Shown here: positions 1-9,458 of the stretch, one piece after another | Numbering within the stretch: the first letter of the stretch is position 1 | Layout of the letters: each line of letters begins with the position of its first letter | NCBI GenBank assembly: GCA_041695225.1 | Contig: JBGFRI010000049.1 | Coordinates: forward strand, 1 to 23,060 | Length of the DNA stretch: 23,060 nt | Origin: Deinococcota bacterium | Lineage (GTDB): Bacteria > Deinococcota > Deinococci > Deinococcales > Thermaceae | Reading direction: 5' to 3' | Translations under genes and position numbers: made by a program | The notes under the pieces: model-generated | Database searches by the model: none | Seen by the model: only the letters and a program-made list of their open reading frames with translations | Told to the model about the DNA's origin: nothing

Positions 1-226
1 AGCTTCAACAACCTCTGGCCGAGCATAGTAGAGCTACGCCCAGACCTTTATAGAGAAACCACAAAAACAAAAGCTAGCACAAAAGCAAAAACAAACCAGA
101 CAAGCAGCCGTTTTATAACAGCAAAACCAAACGGACCGCAGACAGTTTCCTTTCCGGCGGCGCAAACGCTTACAAAATCCTATAAGATCTATTTTTAGAG
201 GTTCCCTTAATAATACTTCACAGCAA

Positions 227-255
227 TTGACATACCCCCCCAGAGTATGTAAGCT
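227..255 (+). promoter_or_regulatory. Sigma70-type promoter of the rhodanese gene with an overlapping CsoR/RcnR/CstR-like operator
   Basis: TTGACA (227-232), 17 bp, TAAGCT (250-255); palindrome CATAC-CCCCCCAGA-GTATG (231-249) spans the spacer; GGAGG RBS before ATG 277. Confidence 0.7.
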
Positions 256-276
256 CTAAACTTAGGGAGGAATAAC

Positions 277-708
277 ATGAAACAAAAGTTTGTCCTGGTT
301 CTGCTAGTAGCCCTGCTTCCGGTTCTGGCCCAGTCCGCCAGCTTCTCGGCGCTCACCGTCCGCGAGGTGGGCAGTTCGATTACTGCGCTTCCTGCCGACC
401 TGCACGGTATAACACCCGCCGCAGCCAGGGCCCAGATTGACACCGCACAGCCCTTCATTCTCGATGTCCGCGAACCGGCCATGTTCCGCGGAGGCCACAT
501 CGCCGGGTCGGTTAACATCCCCCTGCGCACACTTCCCGCCAACATGGCTATGCTGCCCAGGGACAGGCCCATCATCGTGGTATGCGGCATCGGTCACGCC
601 AGCGCACTTCCCATACTCTTCCTGCAGGGCCAGGGCTACAACGCCCGCAACCTGTTGGGCGGGCTAAGCGCCTGGACTGCCGCCAACCTGCCGGTTGTAA
701 GACCGTAA
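277..708 (+). CDS. Secreted single-domain rhodanese (sulfurtransferase, PspE/GlpE-like)
   Basis: ILDVREP..F..GHIAGSVNIPL, active-site loop VVCGIGHAS, NLLGGLSAW; hydrophobic signal peptide ending LA-Q; strong RBS. Confidence 0.9.
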   Translation: MKQKFVLVLLVALLPVLAQSASFSALTVREVGSSITALPADLHGITPAAARAQIDTAQPFILDVREPAMFRGGHIAGSVNIPLRTLPANMAMLPRDRPIIVVCGIGHASALPILFLQGQGYNARNLLGGLSAWTAANLPVVRP

Positions 709-729
709 CCTGGCCCCTCACCCTGTTAC

Positions 730-756
730 AACCCCCTTCCGACGGGGGTTATTTTT
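730..756 (+). terminator. Intrinsic terminator after the rhodanese gene
   Basis: AACCCCC-ttccgac-GGGGGTT hairpin followed by ATTTTT. Confidence 0.75.
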
Positions 757-1003
757 GTGTCAAAGCCAGTACCAGCTTCAGAAGATGTGTTGAGGGCTTA
801 TACAAAGGGGTTAGGCCTGCAAGGTAAGGGACTCAGGAAACCAGAACGATGTGTTCTAGGGTTTCGCGGCACATGCAAAGTAATAACGAAGCTCCCTCTT
901 TCTGGGGTCTTCCTGGTTTCTGCTGCTTCCCGAAAATGAGAGAATTGCCTGGGTGCTAACTTTGCCTCCAGGCGATTCTTTTGCTAATAGCAGATTTTAC
1001 TTC

Positions 1004-1080
1004 TGGTCGAGGCGAGAGGATTTGAACCTCCGACCACACCCACCCCAAGGGTGTGCGCTACCAGGCTGCGCTACGCCTCG
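1004..1080 (-). tRNA. tRNA-Pro (GGG)
   Basis: Reverse complement is a 77-nt cloverleaf CGAGGCG...CGCCTCG-ACCA, anticodon arm CACCC-TT-GGG-GT-GGGTG, T-loop GGTTCAAATCC. Confidence 0.97.
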
Positions 1081-1121
1081 AGACTGGCTAACCCGGGCAC
1101 AAGACCACAGGCGCACAGACA

Positions 1122-1150
1122 AGTTTAGCGATCCGTGGCTGAATCGTCAA
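1122..1150 (-). promoter_or_regulatory. Promoter for tRNA-Pro
   Basis: Minus strand TTGACG (1150-1145), 17 bp, TAAACT (1127-1122). Confidence 0.65.
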
Positions 1151-1151
1151 C

Positions 1152-1180
1152 TTGACCTCTAGCAAAGCCACGGCTATACT
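1152..1180 (+). promoter_or_regulatory. Promoter for tRNA-Ile
   Basis: TTGACC (1152-1157), 17 bp, TATACT (1175-1180). Confidence 0.75.
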
Positions 1181-1198
1181 CATATCTCGCTGGTGTGG

Positions 1199-1275
1199 GG
1201 GCGGTTAGCTCAGCTGGTTAGAGCACACGCCTGATAAGCGTGAGGTCCCGGGTTCGAGTCCCGGATCGCCCACCA
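1199..1275 (+). tRNA. tRNA-Ile (GAT)
   Basis: 77-nt cloverleaf GGGCGGT...ATCGCCC-ACCA, anticodon arm CACGC-CT-GAT-AA-GCGTG, T-loop GGTTCGAGTCC. Confidence 0.97.
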
Positions 1276-1280
1276 GGGTA

Positions 1281-1370
1281 GATGGTCAAAGGTCAAAGGT
1301 CAAAGGTCTAAGGTCTAACGGCCTTCGACTTTCGACCTTCGACTTTCGACCTTTTTCGACCTTCGACATC
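1281..1370. repeat. Heptamer tandem-repeat array arranged as a long imperfect inverted repeat
   Basis: (GGTCAAA)3(GGTCTAA)2 then six TTCGAC(C/T/A) units; lies between convergent tRNA-Ile and the envC-like gene. Confidence 0.9.
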
Positions 1371-1392
1371 CTTTTTCTTGGTAGCGCCGCTT

Positions 1393-2754
1393 TCAGTAGT
1401 ACAGCGACGGGTCTACAAAGCGGAAATTGCCGTTTAAGTCGATAAAAATCACCCTGAACCAGATCTGGTCGCTGGGGATTAGCACACCACCACCCGTGAA
1501 GCCGATAACCTGACCCTGTTGAACCTGCTGGCCCACCGAGACCCGGGGCTCGAGCACGTTTACGTACTGGGTAGCAATCTGGTCGGAGTGGCGGATGGTA
1601 AGGGTATAGCCCAGATTGGCGATAAACAGGCTATCAATCACCACCCCGTTTGCGGCTGCAACAATGGTGCTCGAGGCTGCTGCACCCTGGATGGTCTGCC
1701 AGTCGTTGCCCTGGAAGCCAAAGGCCTCGGCGATGCGCCCCCCACGTACTGGAAACTGCAACGCACCCACCAGCTCCCGTGGAACAAAGGGAACCTCACG
1801 CGCGGTCTGGCCCGGGCTGCGGGCTACCTCGGCGCGCTGGCGCTGGGCTTGCAGTTCGCGTTGGCGACGCTCCTCGGCTTCGCGACGCCGGCGTTCTTCC
1901 TCGGCCCGGCGCCGTTCTTCGGCGATACGGCGCATCTCGGCGGCAATACGGGCTTGTAAGACATTCAGCTCGGTGCGGAGCTGCACCTGGGCTTGCAGGG
2001 TCTCGCGCAGTATGACCTGTCGCCCGGCCTGCTGCTGCCGCAGACTGGCTACGGTCTGTTGCACGGTCTGGCGGTTTTGCGCCAGAGACTCTATGCGTTG
2101 CTGTCGTTCGGCGCGGCGCTGGCTCAGGGTGTCTACCAGCATCGCCAGCCGTACACGTTCGTCCTCGAGCTGGCGCACGGTGTTACTGATGCGGTCCATC
2201 AGGTCGGTCTGGTGCTGGCCCAGCACCCCCAACCACCGGCTTCGCACTGCCAGGTCGGTGAACGACTCAGCCCGCAAAATCGGCAGATATCGCCCGGCCC
2301 GCTCGCGGTGCAGGCTCACCAGCATGGCCGAGAGCCGCTCGCGCAGGCCCTGTAGCTCTCTTTGCAGGCTGGCAATGCGGGCTTCGGCCTGTTTTCTTTG
2401 CGCCTCCAGAAGGTTAATTTGCCGGGTTAGCTCGGCCCGTTCGCGCTCGAGGCGGGTAATCTCGGCCTCGAGGCGGCGCAGCTCCTCAAGCTGCCGTCTG
2501 GTTGCGGCATCGAGGTTAGCCAGCTCGCGGTTGAGCTGCTGGATTCGCTGTTGCTGGAGTTGTTGCAGCCGCCGGTTTTCCTCGGCCTGCTGTTGCAGCT
2601 GGTTGAGGTTGGGCTGGCCCAGAGCTGAAAGCTGAAAGCCAAAAACCAGAAAAATGACGATAAACCAGGGGCCGAGGAAGATTTGCCGGATGAGACGGGC
2701 AGTTTGCCGCAAACCCCAGAAGGCCGAACTTTCCTTCATTACCCACGGCTTCAT
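1393..2754 (-). CDS. envC: EnvC-like murein hydrolase activator (coiled coil plus degenerate M23/LytM domain)
   Basis: Hydrophobic leader, long Q/E/R coiled coil, C-terminal FPVRGGRI..FG / AAANGVV / VSVGQQVQQGQVIGFTG; Zn-binding HxxxD and HxH motifs absent; overlaps ftsX stop (ATGA); start uncertain. Confidence 0.8.
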   Translation of the reverse strand: MKPWVMKESSAFWGLRQTARLIRQIFLGPWFIVIFLVFGFQLSALGQPNLNQLQQQAEENRRLQQLQQQRIQQLNRELANLDAATRRQLEELRRLEAEITRLERERAELTRQINLLEAQRKQAEARIASLQRELQGLRERLSAMLVSLHRERAGRYLPILRAESFTDLAVRSRWLGVLGQHQTDLMDRISNTVRQLEDERVRLAMLVDTLSQRRAERQQRIESLAQNRQTVQQTVASLRQQQAGRQVILRETLQAQVQLRTELNVLQARIAAEMRRIAEERRRAEEERRRREAEERRQRELQAQRQRAEVARSPGQTAREVPFVPRELVGALQFPVRGGRIAEAFGFQGNDWQTIQGAAASSTIVAAANGVVIDSLFIANLGYTLTIRHSDQIATQYVNVLEPRVSVGQQVQQGQVIGFTGGGVLIPSDQIWFRVIFIDLNGNFRFVDPSLYY

Positions 2755-3611
2755 AAATCTGCCTCCCGCAGGTTGGCCCGGCTGGCCAGGTAGGCCCCGC
2801 TAGCCCCCAGCAGCACCGCCAGCGCCAGCATGGCCAGGGCTGCTCGAGCCAGGTCGTCGCTGGAGAGCACCGGCACAAAGGGCAGCAGGTTTTGCAGGGC
2901 CTCGGCCAGAAAGCGATACGACAACACCCCCAGCCCCAGGGCTACCAGGCCAGCAGACAGGGTTAGCAACGTACCTTCGGCCACAAATGGCCCCTGGATA
3001 AAGCTCCGGGTAGCCCCCACCAGCTGCATGACCCGCAACTCTTCTCTGCGGTTTTCGATGGAAAGCCGAATGGTCCCCATCACGCTAAACAGGGTGTTCA
3101 GCAGCAGCAGCACAATCAGGATATTCACCGCAATACGCAAGCCTGCCAGCACCCGCACTAGCTGCTCGGTCAGGGCCCCGCCGTACTCCACGCCGTCTAC
3201 TCCTTCGATCCGGGCGATGCGACGCCCCACCTCGCGCACCTCCTGAGGGTCGGTTAGCTTGAGCCGGATGGTATTGGGCAGGGGGTTTTGGATAAACTCG
3301 CGGGCCTGGGCCAGATAGGGGTAGTCTAGTTGAAGCATAGCCAGGGCTTCTTCCTGGGTTTGCAGCTTGGCCTGGCTGACTTCCGGCCAGGTTTTAATCT
3401 CGTTCAGGATTACCGTAGCCTGGGCATCTGGCTTAAGGAAGGCGGCAATTTCTAGCTCGCGCTCGAGCGAGGCCACCACCCGGTCTAAGTTCCACAACAC
3501 CAGCCCCAGCAAAAACAAAAGCGAAAACGATACCAGGGCAGTAAAAAAGGTGGCCAGCGTGCTGGTCGGGTGTTGGCGTAGCGAGCGCAAAGCCTGGGAA
3601 ATGGCGTACAC
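2751..3611 (-). CDS. ftsX: Cell division permease FtsX
   Basis: TIRLSIENRREELRVMQLVGATRSFIQGPFVAEG signature, NPLPNTI, about 4 TM helices; GTG 3611 chosen because TAAACT lies 7 nt upstream. Confidence 0.92.
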   Translation of the reverse strand: MYAISQALRSLRQHPTSTLATFFTALVSFSLLFLLGLVLWNLDRVVASLERELEIAAFLKPDAQATVILNEIKTWPEVSQAKLQTQEEALAMLQLDYPYLAQAREFIQNPLPNTIRLKLTDPQEVREVGRRIARIEGVDGVEYGGALTEQLVRVLAGLRIAVNILIVLLLLNTLFSVMGTIRLSIENRREELRVMQLVGATRSFIQGPFVAEGTLLTLSAGLVALGLGVLSYRFLAEALQNLLPFVPVLSSDDLARAALAMLALAVLLGASGAYLASRANLREADL

Positions 3612-3756
3612 GGCCCTCAGTTTACCCCTTTGTGTTGGGCCTTTATGTGAATCTGGAGCGCTTTTCACATCGGTTGGGCCAGCTAGCAAGCTCAGGGATG
3701 GCCCTGAGGTAGCGTCACTGGCGCCTATTCCGGGTGTGTAGAACGCAGTATGGCGC

Positions 3757-5007
3757 TCAGGTGACCAGTATTATCCGCAAGTCGTTAAGGTTGTTGGCGG
3801 TTTCTTTGGTTACCAGCAAACCATTCACGGCAGCAAAAAACCCATTAGAGTTGTTCTGGTGCAGCATGGCCGCCAGGTCTAGCCCCAGGCGCCGTGCTTG
3901 CTGCCAGGTATCGGGCTGCCAGATAGCCCCGGCCGCCAGGGTGTTGCCATCAATGCCGTCGGAGTCGGCAGCCAGAGCCCAAACCCCATTTTCTCGCAGG
4001 TAAAAGCCCAGCCAGCCCAGGAACTCCTGGTTGCGCCCACCCTTGCCCGAGCCGTGCACGGTCACGCTGGCCTCGCCACCGGAGAGCAAGACCACAGGTG
4101 GCCGGAAAGGCTGACCGTGCAGGCGAATGCTTTGCACCAGACTGGCGTGGAAGCGGGCCAGCTCCTTTGCTTCGCCCTGAAACCGGTCCGACAGAATGAC
4201 TGCCGGGTAGCCCTGCTCCTGCCAGTAGTTGCGGGCGGCCTCGAGCAGAGTCTGGTTGCTGCCAATAAGCCGGTTTTGCACCCGTGCGAAGAGGGTATCC
4301 CCTGGCTTGGGCGACTCGGCTAGGGCCCCGCTCACCCCCTGGGCCAGGTGGGCGCGAACCTCGGGGAAGTCCAGGCCATACTTGTCAAGAATACCCAGCG
4401 CATCGGCAAAGGTGCTTGGGTCTGGTGCGGTGAGCCCCGAGGCAATCACCGAGAGGTCGTCGCCCGGCACGTCGGACAGATAGAGTGCATGTATACGCGC
4501 CGGTGTGGCTGCGGCCAGCCGCCCACCCTTGATCCCGGAGAGATGTTTTCGTACTGCATTAATCTCGTGAATATCTGCCCCACAGCGCAACAGGGCCTGC
4601 GTCAGAGACTGCTTGGTGGTCAGGCCTACACCCCAGGGAACGCACAAAAGCGCGCTGCCCCCGCCCGAAACCAACAGCAGCAGCAGGTCATCTGCTTTGA
4701 GTCTAGATACCGCTTGCAGAACTTTTTGTCCGGCTTCTACGCTTTGCTGGTCGGGAACCGGGTGACTAGCAGGTAGCACCACCCCATGTGCATGGCTGGG
4801 CAAAACCAGCGAATCCTGGGCTTTGGGAACAGCTATAAACGGAACCCGGGGAAACCGCTTTTGGGCTGCTTCCAACATGCTCAGAGCAGCTTTCCCCACC
4901 GAAACAATAAGCGCTGGAGCATCCAGTGGCAGGTGCAGGGCAGTGAGGCGGCTCGGGTGGGTTTGCTCTAAGGCGTGGTGAAAGCTGGCGAATAATTGCT
5001 CCCGCAT
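3757..5007 (-). CDS. Glycerate kinase type 2 (GckA/TtuD, MOFRL family)
   Basis: VGKAA, HPVPD, LVSGGGSAL, INAVRKHLSGIKGGRLA, SDVPGDD, SGGE, GKGGRNQE, SDGIDG, NNLND; ATG 5007 preceded by TAAAAT at 7 nt. Confidence 0.92.
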   Translation of the reverse strand: MREQLFASFHHALEQTHPSRLTALHLPLDAPALIVSVGKAALSMLEAAQKRFPRVPFIAVPKAQDSLVLPSHAHGVVLPASHPVPDQQSVEAGQKVLQAVSRLKADDLLLLLVSGGGSALLCVPWGVGLTTKQSLTQALLRCGADIHEINAVRKHLSGIKGGRLAAATPARIHALYLSDVPGDDLSVIASGLTAPDPSTFADALGILDKYGLDFPEVRAHLAQGVSGALAESPKPGDTLFARVQNRLIGSNQTLLEAARNYWQEQGYPAVILSDRFQGEAKELARFHASLVQSIRLHGQPFRPPVVLLSGGEASVTVHGSGKGGRNQEFLGWLGFYLRENGVWALAADSDGIDGNTLAAGAIWQPDTWQQARRLGLDLAAMLHQNNSNGFFAAVNGLLVTKETANNLNDLRIILVT

Positions 5008-5437
5008 ACTCGGCATTTTACGCGGCCTTTCGAGCATTGCCGAGAAAGCCGGTCGTGGGTTGTCTGTTTGTTTCATCTGAACTAAAACAAGGCCACCAAT
5101 ACAGAATTCCCGCCTGTGAACAGTATTCATTACTTTTTCCTCTAACCGGCATGGCAATCGTTAGGCCAGGACGACAGGCCCAAGGCGAAGCCGAAGCAAT
5201 CTGGGAATATACTGGGTGAGCACTCACAGGACTGCTGTCATGCCATTGGCATCTTGCTTTGGCCGGTGGCTGGAAACACCGTGCGACCCTAAGTTGATCC
5301 AGCGGTTCAGACTAACAGCAGCGTTGCGGCAAGGCTGGACGATCATTTACGGCCACACACTTGTACAGAACCTGAGGTAGCGCACCGGTTAGTCTGCAAA
5401 CTGTCAGAATGGCCACAAAGCTGACAGACTCGGTGGC

Positions 5438-6697
5438 CTACATACCCCCATAAGCCCGGTCCAGCAGCTCGATGGTGTGCATTACCGGAATCTCGTGGCC
5501 CAGTTTGCGCAGGTGGGTCTGGATCTGGGTAAAGCAGCCGATGTTTCCGGTAACCACCAGCTGGGCGCCCGTGGCCAGGATGTGGCGGGCTTTGCGCTCG
5601 CCCAGGGTTGCGGCAAGCTCTGGCTGTTCGATGTTGTAGGTTCCCGCCGAGCCGCAGCAGAGCTCGCCCTCGGCAATCTCCAAAAGCTCTACGCCAGGAA
5701 TGCTGCGCAATAGCTGGCGGGGCTCGGCGCGCACCTGCTGGGCATGGGCCAGGTGGCAGGCATCGTGGTAGGCAACCTTGAGTGGGGTTTTGAGGGGTGG
5801 TATTTCTTTCAGGCCCAGCTCGACCAGGAAAACCGCAATGTCCTTTACCTTTTTCGCGAGCTGGTCGGCCTGGGCTTGTTCGGGTTCACCCTGGAAAAGG
5901 ATGTGATACTCCTTGAGGCCCGAGCCACAGCCCGCCGCGTTGGTAACAATCGCGTCGAAGTCTCCGGCAAAGGCTCTGAGGTTGTTGCGGGCAAACTGCA
6001 AAGCGCGCGCACGTTCGCCGGTGTGAATGGCCAGCGCACCGCAGCAGCTCTGGTTACTGGGAATCACCACCTCTACGCCGTTGCGGGCCAGGACCCGCAA
6101 GGTAGCGTGGTTGAAGCCCGGCTGCAAAACCTGCTGGGCGCAACCCGCCAGGAAGGCCACCCTGGCCCGCCGTTCACCCCACGCTTGAACCAGTTCCGGT
6201 AAGGGTTCGTTTGGAGGCAGCCGGTCAGGCAGCAGGTCAAGCGAAGCGCGTAGCGACGGCGGCAAAAGAGGTCTCGTCAACCTGCCTAGCCTGCCCAGTG
6301 CAGCCGCAGCGCGAAAACGTTTGGGGTATGGCAGGGTCTCCTGGATGCCAATGCGAAACAGCTTTTGGAAAGGGGAGCGGTGGCGCTTTGGCTCGCTCCA
6401 GGCCCGGTAGGTGGAGATAAGCTCGCCGTAGGGAACCCCACTGGGGCAGGCTGTTACACAGCCCACGCAGCCCAGGCACTTGTCCAGATAGGGCTGGGCT
6501 TCCTCCATCTGGAGGCTGCCTTCCAGAACCTCTTTCATCAAAAAGATGCGCCCCCTAGGGGAGTCCATCTCCTCGCCCAAAACCTGATAGGTGGGGCAGG
6601 CCGGCAGGCAGAATCCACAGTGCACGCAGGCCTCGATGGCGTGGGCCATGATCTTCCCCTGGGGGCCAAGCTGCTCGACATTTATCTTGTGCTGCAT
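5438..6697 (-). CDS. glcF: Glycolate oxidase iron-sulfur subunit
   Basis: [36 protein letters not shown], two CCG domains, YHDACHL. Confidence 0.93.
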   Translation of the reverse strand: MQHKINVEQLGPQGKIMAHAIEACVHCGFCLPACPTYQVLGEEMDSPRGRIFLMKEVLEGSLQMEEAQPYLDKCLGCVGCVTACPSGVPYGELISTYRAWSEPKRHRSPFQKLFRIGIQETLPYPKRFRAAAALGRLGRLTRPLLPPSLRASLDLLPDRLPPNEPLPELVQAWGERRARVAFLAGCAQQVLQPGFNHATLRVLARNGVEVVIPSNQSCCGALAIHTGERARALQFARNNLRAFAGDFDAIVTNAAGCGSGLKEYHILFQGEPEQAQADQLAKKVKDIAVFLVELGLKEIPPLKTPLKVAYHDACHLAHAQQVRAEPRQLLRSIPGVELLEIAEGELCCGSAGTYNIEQPELAATLGERKARHILATGAQLVVTGNIGCFTQIQTHLRKLGHEIPVMHTIELLDRAYGGM

Positions 6698-6719
6698 AGA
6701 GTTCCTGTTGGCGTCTGGG

Positions 6720-7832
6720 CTAGTGGGTCAGGCCCGGGAGTCGATCCCTCTCGTCTGGAGGGTATTGAGAGAACTTTCTCTGGGGGTCGAGGGCGGCGGT
6801 TACTCTTTGACCAAACACGTGCCCCAAGTTTATTCCAATCTGGCGCTGAGGCGAAGGGCTGTTTAGAACCAAGCCCGATAAACCCTGCGCCTCGAGTAGC
6901 GCATCCAGCGTAGCCAAAGCACTGTTCCAGACCAGGTAGAGCAGGTTGCCGGCGCTCATGTAGCGCCGGGGGGCTGGCCCCAGGGCCTTATCCAGGGCTG
7001 GGATATGCCTGGCAGTGAGCGCCACTCTGATCAGATGCCCCTCCCCAAGGGTGGATAAATCGTTCAGACTGCGCCAGTAGTCGGCCTCGGCCTGGCCCTG
7101 TAGCAGCTCACCGCCCGCGGCCAGAAAGGATTGCAGCCGCTCTAGCCGTCCCGGAAGGGCTTCGGCCAGACCGCCCAGGCGCAAGACCAGGCTAGAGGGT
7201 GGTTCGATATCCAGTGCATAAAGCTCGATGGGCGAACCCGCCAGCCGGTAAAGGGCTTCCAAAGCGGCTTGAAGGCTAGGAAAAGCCACTCTGAGGGTTG
7301 CGGTAGTTTTGGGAAAGGGGAAAACCTTAAAGGCCAGCTCGGTCAGGACGCCCAGTTGTCCGCAGCTACCCACCATAAGCTTGGGAAGGTCGAACCCGGC
7401 AGCATTTTTTACTACCTTACCCCCGCCCCTTACCAGGTTGCCATAGCCGTCTACAAACTGTACCCCCAGAATGAAGTCGCGCACCCCGCCATAGCGATGG
7501 CGCATTGGGCCAGAAAGCCCGGCGGCCACCGTACCGCCTAGAGTTGCGCCTTGCTGCACGAAAGGCGGGTCGAAAGGCAGGTACTGCCCGTTCTGACTCA
7601 GCATGGCCTCTACCTCGGCCAGCCTGGTTCCGCCCCTGGCCACAAAGACATACTCGCTGGGGTTGTACTCCAGCACCCCGCTAAGGCCGCTCATCTCCAG
7701 CACCGTTTGGCCCTGGCTGGGGGTCGAAAGAGCAGATTTGCTGCCGCCGCCTCTGGGCAGGATCTGGCTGTGGCCCAAGACGGCCTCCTGCACCTCTACT
7801 GCGCTGGTGGGGCGCAGGGTCATAAAGTCCAT
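6720..7832 (-). CDS. glcE: Glycolate oxidase FAD-binding subunit
   Basis: [45 protein letters not shown]; lies between glcD and glcF. Confidence 0.9.
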   Translation of the reverse strand: MDFMTLRPTSAVEVQEAVLGHSQILPRGGGSKSALSTPSQGQTVLEMSGLSGVLEYNPSEYVFVARGGTRLAEVEAMLSQNGQYLPFDPPFVQQGATLGGTVAAGLSGPMRHRYGGVRDFILGVQFVDGYGNLVRGGGKVVKNAAGFDLPKLMVGSCGQLGVLTELAFKVFPFPKTTATLRVAFPSLQAALEALYRLAGSPIELYALDIEPPSSLVLRLGGLAEALPGRLERLQSFLAAGGELLQGQAEADYWRSLNDLSTLGEGHLIRVALTARHIPALDKALGPAPRRYMSAGNLLYLVWNSALATLDALLEAQGLSGLVLNSPSPQRQIGINLGHVFGQRVTAALDPQRKFSQYPPDERDRLPGLTH

Positions 7833-7961
7833 GCTCCTTCCCGCGATGGTGTAGGGCGCTTGGGGCGGTGGTTAGGTGGCGGTCTGAGTTGCAGGCAGAT
7901 GCTTGACATATCCAGCATATCCAGCGGTGGATGGGGGTGTGTGTACTGCGCTGAGGCTTCG

Positions 7962-8005
7962 CCCCTGACCCCCCACCCTGTCCCTTTCTCGCAAGGGGGG
8001 AGGGG
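7962..8005. repeat. C-rich/G-rich REP-like hairpin in the glcD-glcE spacer
   Basis: CCCCTGACCCCCCACCCTGTCCCTTTCTC-GCAA-GGGGGGAGGGG. Confidence 0.5.
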
Positions 8006-8015
8006 ATTTATATCG

Positions 8016-9458
8016 TTACTCACGCGAGATCACCCCGGCTTTCTCCAGCGGGTGTGCGCCCTGGTGCGTCAGGGACGGGGCTTCGCCTCCGGGAAACATC
8101 TTGCCCCGGTTAGAAAGCTCCTCGGGGTCTATGGCGCGGCGGATACGCTGCATCAGGGCCAGGTCGGCCTCGGAGAACATCTCGGTCATGTATGCTTTTT
8201 TCTCCATCCCCACCCCGTGCTCGCCGGTGATGGAGCCACCCAGGCCCACGCACAGGCTAAGAATCTCGCCGGCCAGCTCCTCGGCCCGCTCGAGCTGGCC
8301 GACTACCCGCCCGTCGTAGAGGATCAGTGGGTGAAGGTTGCCGTCTCCGGCGTGAAAGACGTTGGCCACCCGCAGGCCGTACCGGGCAGATAGCTGTTCG
8401 ATCTGCTCAAGGGCCTGGCCCAGCTTTGAACGGGGCACCACTCCATCCTGCACGATATAGTCTGGCGATAGTCGCCCTACTGCCGAAAAAGCGGCTTTGC
8501 GGCCCTTCCAGATTTTCATGCGCTCATCGTTGTTTTGTGCGACCCGCACCTCGTAGGCGCCAGAGGCCTGGATTACTGCCTCGAGGTGTCGGGCTTCGGC
8601 TTCTACCTGTGGGGTTTCGCCCTCGAGCTCCACGATCAATAGCGCCCTGGCCTCCCGCGGATACCCTGCTTTGACTGCGGCCTCGGCCGCTTCAATCGCC
8701 AGGGAGTCCATGATCTCCATCGCGCCCGGCAGCAGCCCCGAAGCCACCACCGATGCTACTGCCTCGCCTGCTTTAGCCAGCGAGTCGTAGGCGGCCAGTA
8801 CGGTGTGGTACTTTTCTGGCCGGGGCAGCAGGCGCAGGGTAACTTCGGTAGCAATTCCCAGCAGACCTTCGCTTCCAACAAACAGGCCCAGCCAGTCGGG
8901 GCCAGTACCTTCCAGGCTTTCGCTACCCAGCTCTACTACCTCGCCGGTGGGCAGCACCACTCTGGCAGCCAGCACATGGTTGGAGGTCATGCCGTATTTA
9001 AGGCAGTGAGCCCCGCCGGAGTTGAAGGCCAGGTTGCCGCCAATAGTCGAGACCGGCTGTGAGGAGGGGTCGGGGGCATAGTAGAGGCCATAGGGGGCCG
9101 CTAGGCTCGAGACCTGCAAGTTAATAAAGCCGGCCTGCACCACCGCTATGCGCTCCTGGGCATCGAGTCGAAGCAGTTTGTTCATGCGATTGAGGCCAAT
9201 CACCAGCCCGCCTTCAACCGGCAACGAACCCCCCGAAAGGCTGGTACCGGAGCCCCTGGCCACATAGGGCAGCTGGTGGCGGGCAGACCACTGCACTGCC
9301 TGCACAACCTCCTGGTGGGTCTCGGGCAGCACTACCACCAGTGGCCTGGCCCGAAAGGCGGTGAGGGCGTCGGACTCGTAGGGAACCAGCTCGCCCGGCT
9401 TGATCAGAAAGCGGCCTGGGGAGAATATGCGCTCGAGTTCTCGCAAAGCCGGGGTCAT
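8016..9458 (-). CDS. glcD: Glycolate oxidase subunit GlcD (FAD-linked oxidase)
   Basis: [56 protein letters not shown] 9458 with GGGGAG RBS. Confidence 0.92.
   Translation of the reverse strand: MTPALRELERIFSPGRFLIKPGELVPYESDALTAFRARPLVVVLPETHQEVVQAVQWSARHQLPYVARGSGTSLSGGSLPVEGGLVIGLNRMNKLLRLDAQERIAVVQAGFINLQVSSLAAPYGLYYAPDPSSQPVSTIGGNLAFNSGGAHCLKYGMTSNHVLAARVVLPTGEVVELGSESLEGTGPDWLGLFVGSEGLLGIATEVTLRLLPRPEKYHTVLAAYDSLAKAGEAVASVVASGLLPGAMEIMDSLAIEAAEAAVKAGYPREARALLIVELEGETPQVEAEARHLEAVIQASGAYEVRVAQNNDERMKIWKGRKAAFSAVGRLSPDYIVQDGVVPRSKLGQALEQIEQLSARYGLRVANVFHAGDGNLHPLILYDGRVVGQLERAEELAGEILSLCVGLGGSITGEHGVGMEKKAYMTEMFSEADLALMQRIRRAIDPEELSNRGKMFPGGEAPSLTHQGAHPLEKAGVISRE

Noticed and set aside
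49..135. Hydrophobic minus-strand stretch IKRLLVWFVFAFVLAFVFVVSL* as a gene fragment
   Set aside because: Too short, no clear start, and explainable by A-rich low complexity at the window edge.
953..1162. 69-aa ORF
   Set aside because: Overlaps tRNA-Pro on the opposite strand; spurious.
1616..2635. 339-aa plus-strand ORF
   Set aside because: Antisense shadow of the envC coiled coil, R/S/C-rich with no motifs. The same applies to the other antisense or alternate-frame ORFs such as 7551-8393, 13918-14553 and 15404-16018.
5008..5157. Long N-terminal extensions in the ORF track (glycerate kinase; also ftsX, glcD, mazG, aminotransferase, folC, suhB)
   Set aside because: Family similarity begins at downstream starts that have a -10 element or RBS at the expected distance.
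6740..6753. GTCGATCCCTCTCG near the glcE 3' end as a further copy of the 42-bp element
   Set aside because: Only about 14 bp with an indel and no second hairpin; not distinguishable from chance here.
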